Assembly: GCF_006345805.1 (NCBI RefSeq)
Contig: NC_042999.1
Span: forward strand, 37,262,001-37,326,000
Reading direction: 5' to 3'
Origin: Octopus sinensis
Taxonomy: Eukaryota
Length of the DNA stretch: 64,000 nucleotides
The first letter of the stretch is position 1, and each line of letters starts with the position of its first letter. This document shows positions 12,473-26,023 of this stretch, piece by piece. The notes below the pieces were generated by a model. That model made no database searches, was not told the origin of the DNA, and saw nothing but the letters and a program-made list of their open reading frames with translations. The translations under genes were made by a program, and so were the position numbers.

Positions 12473-14114
12473 ATAGCTGAATTACTCGGCGTTGCCCAGG
12501 TTACTGCTGTTCTTATCCAGATCAGTGAACAACAAATACGAAGATATATTTTTTTTCTCATAACTATTTCAAGATATCTATATTTTATTAAAAAATACTC
12601 AAATTGTAATGATTATAGAATTTAGAACGGAAAATCTGTCAATCTTGAAGCACCTCAGGATAAACAATATTCATTGTGTAATTTTTTGTTGGTGTCCAAA
12701 TGAATAAATTGTTGCTGTTTCCAACTTGTGAGCAACCAACATAGAGTTGGCCATGAGAGGAGCATGTAATAGAGGGATGAAGCCCTACTAACTGGAGGGA
12801 TTGACTCTGAGATTTGTTAAATGAAATACCAAAACTTTGTTTTATTGGAAACTGAAGCCTCTGAAATTCAAATGAAATATCTGTTGGCATGAAAGGAAAT
12901 TTCGGAATAAAGACATTTTCTTCTTTATGACTTCCTGTTGTGATTGTTGCCTGTAGGACATGGGACTTTATGGAAGTAACAATTAAGCGAGTTCCATTAC
13001 ACAGGCGAGGTGGGTTAAGATTCTTAAGCAACAAATTGAGAGCATCCAGTTTTAGTGTCAAGTTATGCGCAGGTATCCCAGTGGGTTTAAGTGTGTTCAG
13101 AAATTCAACAGGGTATTGAACAGCCTGAACTTGATCGACTGTTGTATGAATTGATGGAAAAGTCATTTCTGATGTATCTGTTAATTTTTGAAGTTCATGA
13201 TTGAGTTTATCAACCATTTCTTTAGTTGGAGCCTTTATAGCTTTTTCACATAACATGTTTACGTTAGTGTAATTGACAATCACACACACACTCACACGAA
13301 CATACACTTCACATACAATGAAGCACACGTACACTCTCACATACACTGACATACGTATATGAATACAGGCACACACAGACATACATTTACGTAACGAACG
13401 CGCAAACACACACACACTCACATACACATACACACTCATATAAAATGTGTGGTGGTGGTCGTAGTGGTATAAAATGTCCTTTACTGTGTCGTACGTAACG
13501 GACGCGCAAGCATACACACACTCACAAACACATACACACTCATATACAAACTACGTCGTCGTCATCGTAGTATAAAATGTCCTTTACTGTCGTATGTAAC
13601 GAACGCGCAAACACACATACACACTGACAGGCGCATACACACTCATATATAAAATGTATCGTTGTCGTGGCGGTATAAAATGTCCTTTACTATTTCGTAC
13701 GCAAGGAAGGTGCAAACACACACACACTGACAGACATATATATATTCATATACAAAATATGTCGTCATCGTCGTGGTATAAAATCTCCTTTACCATGTTG
13801 TAGGTAACGAACGCGGAAACACACACACTGACATACACATTCATATACAAAATGTATCGTCGTCATCGTGGTATAAAATCTCCTTTACTATGTCGTACGT
13901 AACGAACGCACAAACACACATGCACATGCACTGACAGACACATAAACACTCATATACAAAATGTGTCGTTATCGTGGTATAAAATCTCCTTTACTATGTC
14001 GTACGTAACGAACACGCAAGCTCACACACACTGACAGACATATACACACTCAAATACAAAATGTGACGTAGTGGTGGTATAAAATGTCCTTTACTATAGT
14101 TGACTATAAAAAGA
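12473..14114 (-). mobile_element. Helitron deletion derivative with PIF1-type helicase C-terminus
   Basis: 5' A|TCTTTTTATAG; 3' hairpin CTGGGCAACGCCGAG then CTAT|T. ORF 12639-13517 has YPVEFLN..NGTRL..RLQFPI..INKSQ.QSL..HGQLYV..IVYPEVL. Confidence 0.9.
13380..14100. repeat. About 102-bp tandem repeat (7 units) inside Helitron
   Basis: GTATAAAAT(G/C)TCCTTTAC at 13467, 13570, 13673, 13776, 13871, 13977 and 14077. Confidence 0.9.
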
Positions 14115-14220
14115 TTATCTTCGAGAAAGTGTTATATTGTTTTAATCCAAATGAAAATAAAAATTACATGTTGTCATTCGCGGTGGAGCCGTTTGAGAAT
14201 GCATAGGGAACAGACAGACC

Positions 14221-14288
<68 letters not shown>

Positions 14289-14443
14289 AAGAATTATATA
14301 TATATAGAGAGAGATAAAATCGACTGAAAGCTGTTCAGCAAGCAAGATGTTTGGTGAGGATGGCTAGCTTTTCTAGCAACCTAAATATGACGACATGGAA
14401 AATAGTCCTATTAAATGTCCCTTTATAAATTTATTTTATCAAG

Positions 14444-14529
14444 GTTTCACTCCAAGGAAAAAAGGAATACTTGATTCGACTTCGTAACCCATGGGGTAAG
14501 ACCGAATGGAAAGGCAAATGGAGCGACAG
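14444..14529 (+). CDS. CAPN: Calpain exon (catalytic Asn)
   Basis: atcaag|...|gtatgt; 86 nt, phase 0/2; [28 protein letters not shown] matches LRNPWG..EW.G.WSD. Confidence 0.97.
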
Positions 14530-14999
14530 GTATGTAAATATTTATAAGCGTATAACACTTTCTGCCTATTCACGCGTGTCTGCACGCAGGTTCTATAACA
14601 ATAATGCTTCGTTTGTGGACAAGTGTTGTGTCAACTAAAAGTCAATGCATATGATATACATAATATATAGTTTAAAACATAGTCAGATTGCGGGCGACAG
14701 AAAACCAGTTAAATATGAGACAGTCAGCTTATTTCGATTCATCAACCAAAAGCATCAATCTTTCAGTGTTGTGACGGTTGAAATACTGTATTTTTCGGGA
14801 TGCACGTCGAATGTTTTAGACTAAGATTTAAACCAAAAAGGTGGGTAGAGTTATACACTAAGACAACTATAGAGAACTTAAAATTCCATGTGAAATCACT
14901 GAAATTTTACAAATAACATTTAAATACAAAGAAACAAAGAAACGGAAAAAGGGAAAAACGGTAAAAAAAGGTGGGTGGGGGTGTTAAGCCTCAGAAGGT

Positions 15000-15245
15000 G
15001 GAGGGGAGTGGCCAATGAGTTACGCACCCCAGAACACAGGGTGTGCTCAGCCGTGTCTCGAAGTAATCACTGCGATAGTATTATCGTGGGGAATGGTTAA
15101 CGACACTCGCTGCAGCAGCCACTCCTACTCGCAGGGCTCATTTCTCAGACAGGCCGCCGTTATCCTGATTTTGCGGAGGAAATCGGTACTGCGGGGTCCT
15201 AGTACACCTGAGGTCTCGACAGCGAGCGGCACAAACTGATAGCGG
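15000..15245 (-). mobile_element. RLE-type (CRE/NeSL-like) non-LTR retrotransposon 3' fragment
   Basis: Minus strand reads QFVPLAVETSGVLGPRSTDFLRKI..EPCE*EWLLQRVSLTI, the restriction-like endonuclease C-terminal motif. Confidence 0.75.
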
Positions 15246-15329
15246 TCAGTCAGGCCTCTGTATTTATTTATTTATTTATTTATTTATTTATTATTATTTT
15301 TTTTCTCTCTTCTGTGTTACGGGTAGCGA

Positions 15330-15720
15330 TACCCGGATTTGCAGCTGATGCAGCAAATTTGGAGCCTGAGAACGTGTCACTGCTCTTCGCATTCCAGGAT
15401 TTGGAAAGACAGTGATAATGTTTTAATTACTCCAACTTGTATGCCGGAAATTAGGGTATTCGAATGGTTGTCTTTTCTTGCTGGTGTGCTGGAATATCTT
15501 GTGGAGAATTGGGTTTGCTTTTTGCTTTCTTTGCTGGATTGGAATAGGGGCAATACCCATGGCATTCCCAGGCCTTCCTAGACAGGTGATGCAAAAACTT
15601 TGGATGTTTTTCCCGAACCATTTATAAGTCAACACCTGCAGAAAAGGTATGAGTAGGGAAGAAATTCTAGTGGACCAATGTTCTTGGAAGGAAGAACCGG
15701 GTGAAGTTATGAGTGCAGGC
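15330..15720 (-). mobile_element. Degenerate Penelope-like RT C-terminal fragment
   Basis: CT-rich coding-like tract loosely similar to the SIPYSQ..R.CS region of the PLE at 53.6 kb. Confidence 0.35.
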
Positions 15721-16034
15721 CCTGGGGGTAGTGGACACAACAAAGAAGATGAGCGGAGGGGAGGTGAGTGGGACGAAAATGACTGAGATGATGGGACATG
15801 AACCCAACCAGCTCCGTGGAGAAGAGGCATTATAGCAGTAGTAGAAAAGGTAGAGAGTTAGGGACACTACGGCCGAATGGTTAAGAAGGTCGCTTTGCAA
15901 CTAATGAGTGCAGGTTTCATTCCACCGTCTAATATTTGGGCATATGTGGTTTTCTATAGGCGCAGGTGTGGCTATCGCTAAGAGACTCGCTTTATAACCA
16001 TGTGTATATAATTACTTATTATTTTGAAAGTAAA

Positions 16035-16287
16035 GTGAAGGCGCGAGAATTGATGGTGAGGATATTCAGCTCATTTTGCTCCAGTTCACTCATTTGGCAA
16101 AAGTGAGTTGTAACAATTCAAAGGGCCATCTTCGTTACATTTTGTGACGCGCTGAATTTCCGAGAACTACGTTAATGGTACGCGTGCTTCGTGGAATGCT
16201 CAACCACATACACGTTAAATTCACGAGCAGGCTGGTCCGTTGATAGGATCAACTGGAACACTCGTCGTCGTAACCGACGGAGTGCCG
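16035..16287 (+). mobile_element. Old SINE sharing tail type 1
   Basis: CCGAGAACTACGTTAA..GTAACCGACGGAGTG tail preceded by a different upstream part. Confidence 0.7.
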
Positions 16288-16562
16288 CTTTTTCTTTTAA
16301 TCCGAAAATGACAAATAGCATTTGTTTTATAAAATAAAATTGTTACTCTTTTATTTGTTTCAGTCATTTGACTGTGGTCATGCTGGAGCACCGCCTTTAG
16401 TCGAGCAAATAGACCCCAGCACTTATTCTTTGTAAGCTTAGTACTTATTCTATCGGTCTCTTTTGCCGAACAGCTAAGTTACGGGGTCGTAAACACACCA
16501 GCATCGGTTGTCAAGCGATGTTGGGTGGACAAACACAGATGCACAAACATATACATAGATAC

Positions 16563-16612
<50 letters not shown>

Positions 16613-16993
16613 GTCCCCGCTACCGAAACGGTAATTATTTCTACGCCAGCTATGTTGTTGTTGTTTTTGTCTCATTTGGTCTAAAGTCGTATGACAACCA
16701 CCGTTATATATATTTTGTTTATTCATTACTGTTTTCAATTTCGTTTTCGTCTCTTGTATTCACATCCGTCTTGTGCGTTCACATTCCTGTCTTCTACCAA
16801 GAAATCTAATGCTTACAGCTTAGTTTTTTTTCTTGGGGCTGGCCGAGTTGGAGCAAATATCAGAATTGAACAGCCGAAATTTGCTATGATGATTCGGTGT
16901 CTGACTGAAGATTGAAGGCTTCGAATGATTTGTCTGTGTTCCGTGTTCGTCCCTTCCTGTATTTCACGTTCATTATATATAAAAACATTCATT

Positions 16994-17057
<64 letters not shown>

Positions 17058-17204
17058 GTTCCAGCATGGCCACAGCTCGTGAGCTGAAACTAGATGAAAT
17101 AATATATATATATCTTTTATTAAATTTTAATACTTTTGATATTTATATAAAAAAAAAAAATAAATAAAATAATATATAAATATAAAAATATACATACATG
17201 CATC

Positions 17205-17500
17205 TTTTCGGGGTCGATAAATTAAGTACCAGTTTCGCACTGGAGTCGATGTAATCGACTTAATCCGTTTGTCTGTCCTTGTTTGTCCTCTCTGTGTTTA
17301 GCCCCTTGTGGGTAGTAAAGAAATAGGTATTTCGTCTGCCGTTATGTTCTGAGTTCAAATTCCGCCGAGGTCGACTTTGCCTTCCATCCTTTATGGGTTG
17401 ATAAATTAAGTACCAGTTACGCACTGGGGTCGTTGTAATCGACTTAATACCTTTGTTTGTCCCCCTCTATGTTTAGCCCCTTGTGGGCAATAAAGAAATA
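17205..17500 (+). mobile_element. 5'-truncated family-M SINE dimer
   Basis: Two young-tail units joined by AAAGAAATAGGTATTTCG at about 17320. Confidence 0.85.
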
Positions 17501-17834
17501 AGGAATGACATGTCTTGTGGGGTATTTTGAGCCTGGCGGAGTTTGTCCTTCTCCAGGTCTTGATACAACTAATTTCTTTTAGATGGAAAGCATGAGACAT
17601 GAGAGAGAAAAAGAGAGCGAAAAAGAGAGAGAAGAATCGACCTCAGTATTTGGCTGCAACATAATTTATTTATCGACCAAGTAAAGCTGACTTCGATAGG
17701 ACTTGAACGGGACGCATCTTATCCAGCTCTATAACGATTCTGCCGAACTTAGTTCGCTCGTAACAAATTGTAAACGGGCGCTGTAACTTTTAGTCGAAGC
17801 AGAGTTCCTTCCCTTCTTTTCATCATAGGTGAAA

Positions 17835-17871
<37 letters not shown>

Positions 17872-17949
17872 TGTGTGTGAGTGTGTGTGAGTGTGTGCGT
17901 TTGTTCGTGTGTGCATGCGTCAGTACTGAATGTTTTTTTTTTATATAAT

Positions 17950-18530
17950 CTTTACTCTAGGCACATGGCCCGAAATTTTTGGGGATGGGGGCCAGTAGAT
18001 TAGATCGACCCCAGTACGCTACTGGTACTTAATTTATCGACCCCAAAAGGGTGAACGGCAAAGTCGACCTCGGCAGAATTTGAATTCGGAACGTAAAGAC
18101 AGACGAAATACCTATTTCTTTACTACCCACAAGGGGTTAAACACAGAGAGGACAAACAAGGACAGACAAACGGATTAAGTCGATTATATCAACCCCAGTG
18201 CGTAACTGGTACTTATTTTAATCGACCCCGAAAGGATGGAAGGCAAAGTCGACCTCGGCGGAATTTGAACTCAGATCGCAGCGGCGGACGAAATACCTAT
18301 TTCTTTACTACTTATAAGGGGCTAAACACAGAGAGAACAAACGAGGACAGACAAACGGATTAAGTCGATTATATCGACCTCAGTGCGTAACTGGTACTTA
18401 ATTTATCGACCCCGAAAGGATGAAAGGCAAAGTCGACCTCGGCGGAATTTGAACTCAGAACGTAACGCAGACGAAATACCGCTAAGCATTCCGCCCGGCG
18501 TGCTAACGTTTCTGCCAGCTCGCCGCCTTA
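17950..18530 (-). mobile_element. Family-M SINE trimer (young, young, old tail)
   Basis: Flanked by AATGTT(T/G)TTTTTTTTATATAAT repeats; junctions at about 18110 and 18295. Confidence 0.85.
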
Positions 18531-19384
18531 ATGTTGTTTTTTTATATATAATACAAGATAACTGAATCTCATTGTTTATATTTGCGTTTTAATCAAATTA
18601 AATCCGAATAATCATACGAAAATGTCTCTAAAAGATATTTGTGTTTGTGTGCGTGCGCACGCAGGCGTTTTGTGTTACACACACACACATATATATATAT
18701 TGCAATTTTCTTTTTCATGCGTACCTATGTAGTATGCGCGGGCATACAGAAACTATTTATAGGTGTGCATATGTGTCTATCGATATTCGTACGCATATTT
18801 GTGTAGGTAGGTGTCGGTATATGTGCGTGTATAAGGCGGCGAGCTGGCAGAAACGTTAGCACGCTGGGCGAAATGCGTAGCCGTATTTCGTCTGTCGTTA
18901 CGTTGTGAGTTCAAATTCCGCCGAAGTCGACTTTGCCTTTCATCCTTTCGGGGGTCGATAAATTAAGTACCAGTTACGCACTGGGGTCGATGTAATCGAC
19001 TTAATACCTATGTCTGTCCTTGTTTGTCCCCTCTGTGTTTAGCCCCTTGTGGGTAATAAATCTTGTGTCAAGATAGATAACTGAGAAGTCGTTAAACAAA
19101 TCCTTCAACGGATTGTCTTCAGCTGCTCCCGTCACTGGACATAAAGAATAGAGTTTGGTCAGCATAATAAGGTGACTATTAAAATTCAAAAGAAGTTAAC
19201 TGCTACAGGCCTTGCTAACACGGTACTTCTTCACCGATACTTGTTAGTTTATCTGGTCTCATATTGCATTAATGGTATCAACGAATCCATAAACCACTAA
19301 GATCAAGTGTTCTCCAATGTGATATCTTTAACACAGTAGGCAACGTAATTGAATACTAAATGTAGTCTGTATCCAAGCTTTCCA

Positions 19385-19420
19385 AATAATAATAATAATA
19401 ATAATAATAATATAATAATA

Positions 19421-19463
<43 letters not shown>

Positions 19464-19536
19464 TGATGATGATGATGATGATGATAATAATAATAATAAT
19501 AATAATGATAATAATAATAATAATAATGATAATAAC

Positions 19537-19574
<38 letters not shown>

Positions 19575-19589
19575 TAATAATAATAATAA

Positions 19590-19623
<34 letters not shown>
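19385..19623. repeat. (TAA/TGA)n microsatellite
   Basis: Visible. Confidence 0.95.
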
Positions 19624-19626
<3 letters not shown>

Positions 19627-20180
19627 GCCCTGATGCAGTACCAGACAGTGGCTCTCATGGCTTCTGATCTTAACTGATTGAAAGTGTTATCATGTACATT
19701 GTTTTGTCTTGGTATAAAAGATGGGCCGCAGCAAATATTCTGCTCAATACCACAGATTTGCTTGTCAGTTGTTTGACCTTAACCAGTTGAGCATGTCCCT
19801 TAGTGGCTGACGATATGTGCATCTCTGATCACGAGGAGAAGTAGTGGGTGGGGGGCATCATAGCCATCTGTTGAGAGAGATTCTTTGGAGTTCGAATAAT
19901 TCACCTCAGGAAACATGGGTGTTTCGTTCAACATCCTTAAACAACCCTTATTCAGGGACCTTTTGAGCGGGATGGGTTACTCGATCAGAAGAGAATTCTA
20001 ACTGGGCCCCACCTGCAAGGTCATGTGCTGTTTATCTTGAAAAGAGATCACCATGTCGCGCACACATGGTTGTGATGCATGTGCCTGGTGTACCCTTATC
20101 AGCAGGGTAGTCATGATGGGTATATTGGGTTTCGTATATTTTACCCCAGTGCCACTTTGATGGCATGCACTGCTCTCTCA
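19624..20180. repeat. Unclassified about 555-bp element embedded in (TAA)n
   Basis: GC-richer non-coding block with (TAA)n on both sides; single copy here, class not assignable. Confidence 0.5.
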
Positions 20181-20480
20181 CTCAATAATGATAATAATAA
20201 TATCTTAGCCAAGAGCGACGTTGGTTATAGATACCAAAATGTAGTTATAATCTGGTATAGAAACGCTAAATTTTGAATTAAATTCTTACAATTAATTTCT
20301 TATTTTATCATCCATTTCAACAAAGAAATTGTTTTCTTTTTGTGAAACCTAACAAACTCTGTTATACTGACCGATTCTTCGCATTCTAAATAAAATATAG
20401 AAAGCTATTCATGAGGGATTGCACGCTGTTTGATGTATGAAATCACACTTTTCTCTTTCGATAGTGGTTAAAATTACATA

Positions 20481-20992
20481 CCGTAAATCGTCGAGTATAG
20501 TCCGCCCTTGAGTATAATACGCAGGGGATTTTTAGGGGGCTGTACCTCTGAAAAACTTAAACCTTATGTATAATACGCACTCCTTCTCTAACTTGAGTTA
20601 AGGAGGTCTATATAACGTCCTTGGTTTGTAAAAATGTACACTGTAATGTCCTTTATTATTATTGTATATATTACATAATGCAAACGTGTAGCTTTTTTGT
20701 GCATTTTATTTGCAGAAAATAAAGAAATAACAGTAATAACGTTTAATGAATGTTGCTTACTGCAGGTTATGGATGATTCTTTTATGACTTCATTGCTTTC
20801 AGGCTTAGCTTAAGGTATTTTCGCGCCCTACATCACGAAATGCGTCTGAATAAACATTGCCGGACAGCAAATAGAAACTCGGAAATTGCTTAGAAAATAA
20901 TTTTCATTTCTAACCTCGTATATAGTATACACTAGGGATTTTGACCTTTAAATTTTGAGAAAAAAGTGCGGATTATACTCGAGGATTTACGG
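20481..20992. mobile_element. pogo/Tc1-mariner-type MITE
   Basis: TA|CCGTAAATCGTCGAGTATAGTCCGC...GCGGATTATACTCGAGGATTTACGG|TA. Confidence 0.88.
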
Positions 20993-22511
20993 TAGTTGGT
21001 GACGGCCGGCGGATTGTGCACAAGTTTATTTTACAACTAAGTACAACGTTGGATGTAAACCACTTGGAGACAATTTCTGTGCTGAAGCCTTCCCTAATTT
21101 GAGGGCTATGATGGGATATACCTAGAAATATAATTTCTGAGATAGGATCAGGAATGATTCCTATACGACATCAAGGATACTTTCCTAAGCGCTTTGCCCC
21201 TTATAGAGCATAGGCCATCGACGACTTATCTCCCCTGTTCTCAACTATGCGCTGTCTGTCCCGCTTCTTTTCATTTGGACCCCCGCTTTTTCAGCTGTTT
21301 CACTATCTCGACTCTTTGAAGGAAGGGCTTTTTCTTTCCCAGGTCTTGTTGGTTTTGAATTGTCATCGATGCTTCTGTAACTTTGCTTCTTTTCAGGTAG
21401 TAGTGTTGGCACTACAGAAACCAAAGCATCAGCTGTGGGAAGGGGTAGTCTATATTAGCCTGGCTTCTGTCCTGTGACCTGTCCTGCATCGAAGGCCGAC
21501 CAGTGGCTTGCACTCAGCTGACGTAGCTCTCAGGATCAGTGAAGCTCACAAGCCACCACATCGCAACAAGGACTGGGCCTTGTGTTAGGATATCAAAAGG
21601 AGTTGGTATAGAATTAATGAGACTTTAACCAGTCAGCTTCCTTCATGTATCTAAAGTATGTGGGGTTCAATTTGTTGAGTAGTAAGTTCAGTGACGTACC
21701 GTGGATTTAGGAAGCCCTGTGCGGCGCTCAAATTGCCCGCTCCGTTTCTTTAGACATACTTCCTTATCTTTTTATCTCTTAGCTTTCCTTTTCTTTTTTT
21801 TTTTGTAACTACATAGTTTCGGGTTAAGTTCTACTGCACGGCACTTTTCTCTACTGTTCCTTTGATCTGTTGTATATAGGGAATGTAAATAATTTTTTTA
21901 TAGTCTTTTTGGAGAACCTGAGCATTTCGAGGTTCTGTATACATGCACACATGTATGTATGTATGTATGTATGTATGTATGTATGTATGTATGTATGTAT
22001 GTATGTATGTATGCGCGGGGACATAGAAATAATCGGACTGAATACCCGATCGCGCGGTTAAACCATTGGGTGTGAAGGACTCCTAGCCTTTGTTAGGGCA
22101 TCTTTCTAGGAGAAGGCAACTGGGATAACTCCGACATAGAGCCTGCGGCTCAGTGGTTACCGATGATGTTGACTTGTTCTTCTTTTCGGATTATGGCTGC
22201 TGTTGCTTAGTGAGTGGGTTTGACTCAGTGCACAGCCTTTGCTCACTTTAAAAAAAATCTTCTTGTACAGGCATTGCACGATAACAACATTGATTAAGCT
22301 TCGTGCAATGGCCATACTCGATAACGAGGTGGCAGCCATCATGTATGTATGTATTTCATTATTCAGTTTTATTTCAAGATCTCTTGTCACTAGAGAAAAA
22401 GATGGTTTCTAGCCTATATCCAAGGTTACGTGCGCACGTGTGATTGTGTTTATTTTATATAAAAATTAGACTGTACAAATATAAAAATTATCAAATCATC
22501 ATATTCTTCAG

Positions 22512-22589
22512 TTCACAGGAATGGGAAAAGATAGATGCCGAAGAGAAGAATAAATTAGGTTCATTGGAAAAGAACGAAGGAGAATTTTG
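22512..22589 (+). CDS. CAPN: Calpain exon (CysPc C-terminal part)
   Basis: cttcag|...|gtaaaa; 78 nt, phase 2/2; (S)SQEWEKIDAEEKNKLGSLEKNEGEF(W) matches S.EW...DGEFW. Confidence 0.95.
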
Positions 22590-23432
22590 GTAAAAAACAT
22601 TTTTTGGTTTATTTAGAATTAAAATGGCATTTTGCAAATACAGACAGCTCATATAATTAGTCTTGAATCTTTGCAAACATGCACAATAATTATTAATTTT
22701 ATTATCAGTGATGTGTTATGATAAATTTCTATGATGTTCTATTCTACAAAGTCATTTAATGTTGCCTCTAACACGTAGGGAATTAAGCACATTCATTATT
22801 TCGATCTCATTAATTTTTAATTATTACTTTCTAATCACTTTTTTAGGAAGGATCCCAAACTAACAACCGTACAAGATTTGAACTGAGAGTATAAAAACAT
22901 GTAGCTAAACAGGCACAGGCGCAAGTTTATTTCCCAACCACATGGTCCTGGGTTCAGTCCCACTGCGTGGCACCTTGGGCAAGTGTCTTCCACTGTAGCC
23001 TCGGGTCGACTAAAACCTTGTGAATGGATTTGGTAGACGGAAACCGAAAGAAGCCTGGCGTATACATGTATATATCAGAGTGTTTACGTCCCCGTAACAA
23101 TTAGCGGTTCGGTAAAAAGAGACCGATAAAATAAGTACCAGGTTTAAGAAACAGAAGTGTTGGGTTCTGGTGCCCCGGCATGGCCGCAGTCTAATGAGTG
23201 AAACAAGTAAAATATATATATATATATATATATATACAAGATAAGAAAATGGAGAAATACATCTAAATCAAATATCAATTACCAGATAATACTCAATCAC
23301 ATACTTTATTAAACCACCACATAAGAGACTGTAGGGTTAAATATAAAAAGCAGAACAAATCAGTGTACATAAAGGAATGTACATAAAAAAGTTATCCCAT
23401 AGAGGGTTGCATTTACAACCCCTATCTCAATT

Positions 23433-23485
<53 letters not shown>

Positions 23486-24799
23486 CAGCAAAATTAAGGA
23501 ACGGCCATAATAGGCCATATATATAAGATATAGACTAGCACTCAGCAGTTTCCCTCATTTATTCAACAGCCGTTTTTAATTGTGAATATTAATAAGTTTG
23601 CATTTCTGCGGCTTGGATCTTTGGGTCCAGATACTCAACAAACATGCTTATAAAAGCTGTTAATTTCTCCTAGTAACAGCAGTAAGACAAATAGTAACGG
23701 CAATAATAGTTATATGAAGTTTGTTAGGATTAGTCAGGTTGTTTGTTGTGTTGGAATAGGAAAAAAAAAAGTATATTATCAATGAAATTAAAAGAAAAAG
23801 TCTGCTTTGAGTAAATGTTTCTCGCAAATGTCAACAATATGAGATTTAGTATTTAAAACAGTGGAAATTTGAAGCTGTGGTTGTTGGCCAATTTTTCTAG
23901 TTGACGAAAAAATAATGTCTGAGTCAAAAGAGAGAACCACTATATGATTGCTCGAACTGCAACCAAATTTATATTATACTCTACTGCTTTAAAATTGAAA
24001 TTCCACATTGAATAAAATGGTAATAAATGTATTCATTCAGGTTTGACCTAGGCTAAAGAACAAAAGTTTTGTTTTTTTAAGCTTCCGCTTCTCAATAATT
24101 ATATAAGTTTAAGGCGGCGAGCTGGCACAAACGTTAGCACGCCGGACAAAATGCTTTGCAGTATTTCGTCCGCTTTTACGTTCTGTATTCAAATTCCTCC
24201 GATAGATCGATACTAGGGGCATAATTATGAATGGACACTAAAGAGGGAACGGTTTTGTTATCCAGCTCTGTTTACGAGTGACCCCTCAGTTTATGGCCAC
24301 AGGGTACCTTTTTTATCATAATTAACAGGGACAATTTCATATGACACCGGAAATAAATGTTGTTGACACACTACGGCAGAAATCGTTTTCACCTCAATAG
24401 ACGTCATTGGTTGGTTGAAATTGCCGAAATGCAAGAAATTAAAGATCAAATATCTTACAAACTATAGAATTTTCTCAAGATAGCCAAGAGAAAAAGATGT
24501 TTTATAAACAAAATTTTTTAGTTATACAGAAATTATTTTAAACAACTGCCGTTCAAACCGAAAAGATCCCAAAATGTCAATATGCGGTGGAAGAAAAACA
24601 ATTACAGCTAAGTTCTAATTTGTGATAGATTTAATTAGCAATTTGCTATAAGTTCTCAGAAAGAGAATATATAGCGGTCAACACAACATGAAACATGTCA
24701 GGGCATACTCCATTATTTTTCTATGTATGCAAAGAATAACAAGATATATTCACGTATGTTTAAATTTCTATAGCTAAAAGGTTAAATGCTATACTCTGT

Positions 24800-25016
24800 C
24801 TCTTTTACTCTTTTACTTGTTTCAGTCATTTGACTGTAGCCATGCTGGAGCACCGCCTTTAGTCGAGCAAATCGACCCCAGGACTAATTATTTGTAAGCC
24901 TAGTACTTATTCTATCGGTCTGTTTTGCCGAACCACTAAGTTATGGGGACGTAAACACACCAGCATCGGTTGTCAAGCGATGTTGGGAGTACAAACACAG
25001 ACACACAAACACACAC

Positions 25017-25065
<49 letters not shown>

Positions 25066-25281
25066 CATATATATATACGCAGGAGTGGCTGTGTGGTAAG
25101 TAGCTTGCTTCCCAACTACATGGTTCAGTCCCACTGTGTGGCATCTTGGGCAAGTGTCTTCTGCTATAGCCCCGGGCCGACCAATGCCTTGTGAGTGGAT
25201 TTGGTAGACGGAAACTGAAAGAAGCCTGTCGTATATATATCTATATATCTATATCTATATATATATATATATACATACATA

Positions 25282-25335
<54 letters not shown>

Positions 25336-25560
25336 CATATATATATATGTGTGTGTGTGTGTCTGTGTTTGTCCTCCCCCCAACATCGATTGATAACCAA
25401 TGCTGGTGTGTTTGCGTCCCCATAACTTAGCGGTTCGGCAAAAGAGACCGATAGAATAAATACTAAGAATAAGTCCTGGGGTCGATTTGCTCGACTAAAG
25501 GCGTTGCTCCAGCATGGCCGCAGTCAAATGACCGAAACAAGTAAAAGAGTAAAAGAGTAC
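24800..25560. mobile_element. Two family-A SINEs in inverted arrangement
   Basis: Minus-strand tail at 24800-25010 abuts, via (CA)n(TA)n, a full plus-strand copy at 25078-25560. Confidence 0.88.
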
Positions 25561-26023
25561 ATAAAAATGAAACGACTATGGTATATATTAGGGTCTGCAA
25601 TACGAAAAATATTATATTTAGCATTACTACAGTTCAGCAAAACTGCATAAATCTTTATTACAAAAGAAGTTCAATTGTAAAGTTACAGAAAAATATTGTT
25701 TCGTATATGATTTGCCCGGAGCCGATTCTTCACTGATTACACAATGTAAGTGATTTCATGAAAAGATGTCCTTTAACCCTTTAGTGTTTAAACTAGCCAA
25801 ATCCGGCCCAATATATTCTACATGTTTTATATTCAAACTGGCGATGTCTAGCCTCTCACACCTAACCTACAATGCCATTCTAAAAATAAGTAATCACATC
25901 ATTGAAACCTTAAAACTGTAAGATGATCCAGGATTAATTCAAAACAATTTGAGTGAAAAAGTATTACATTTAACAGAGTAATCTGAACATCAAAGGGTTA
26001 AAACGATTCGTTATTCTTGATAG

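Noticed and set aside
13380-14100. Regular repeats superficially like a CRISPR array
   Set aside because: Whole units of about 102 bp are homologous with no unique spacers, the context is eukaryotic, and the array lies inside a Helitron.
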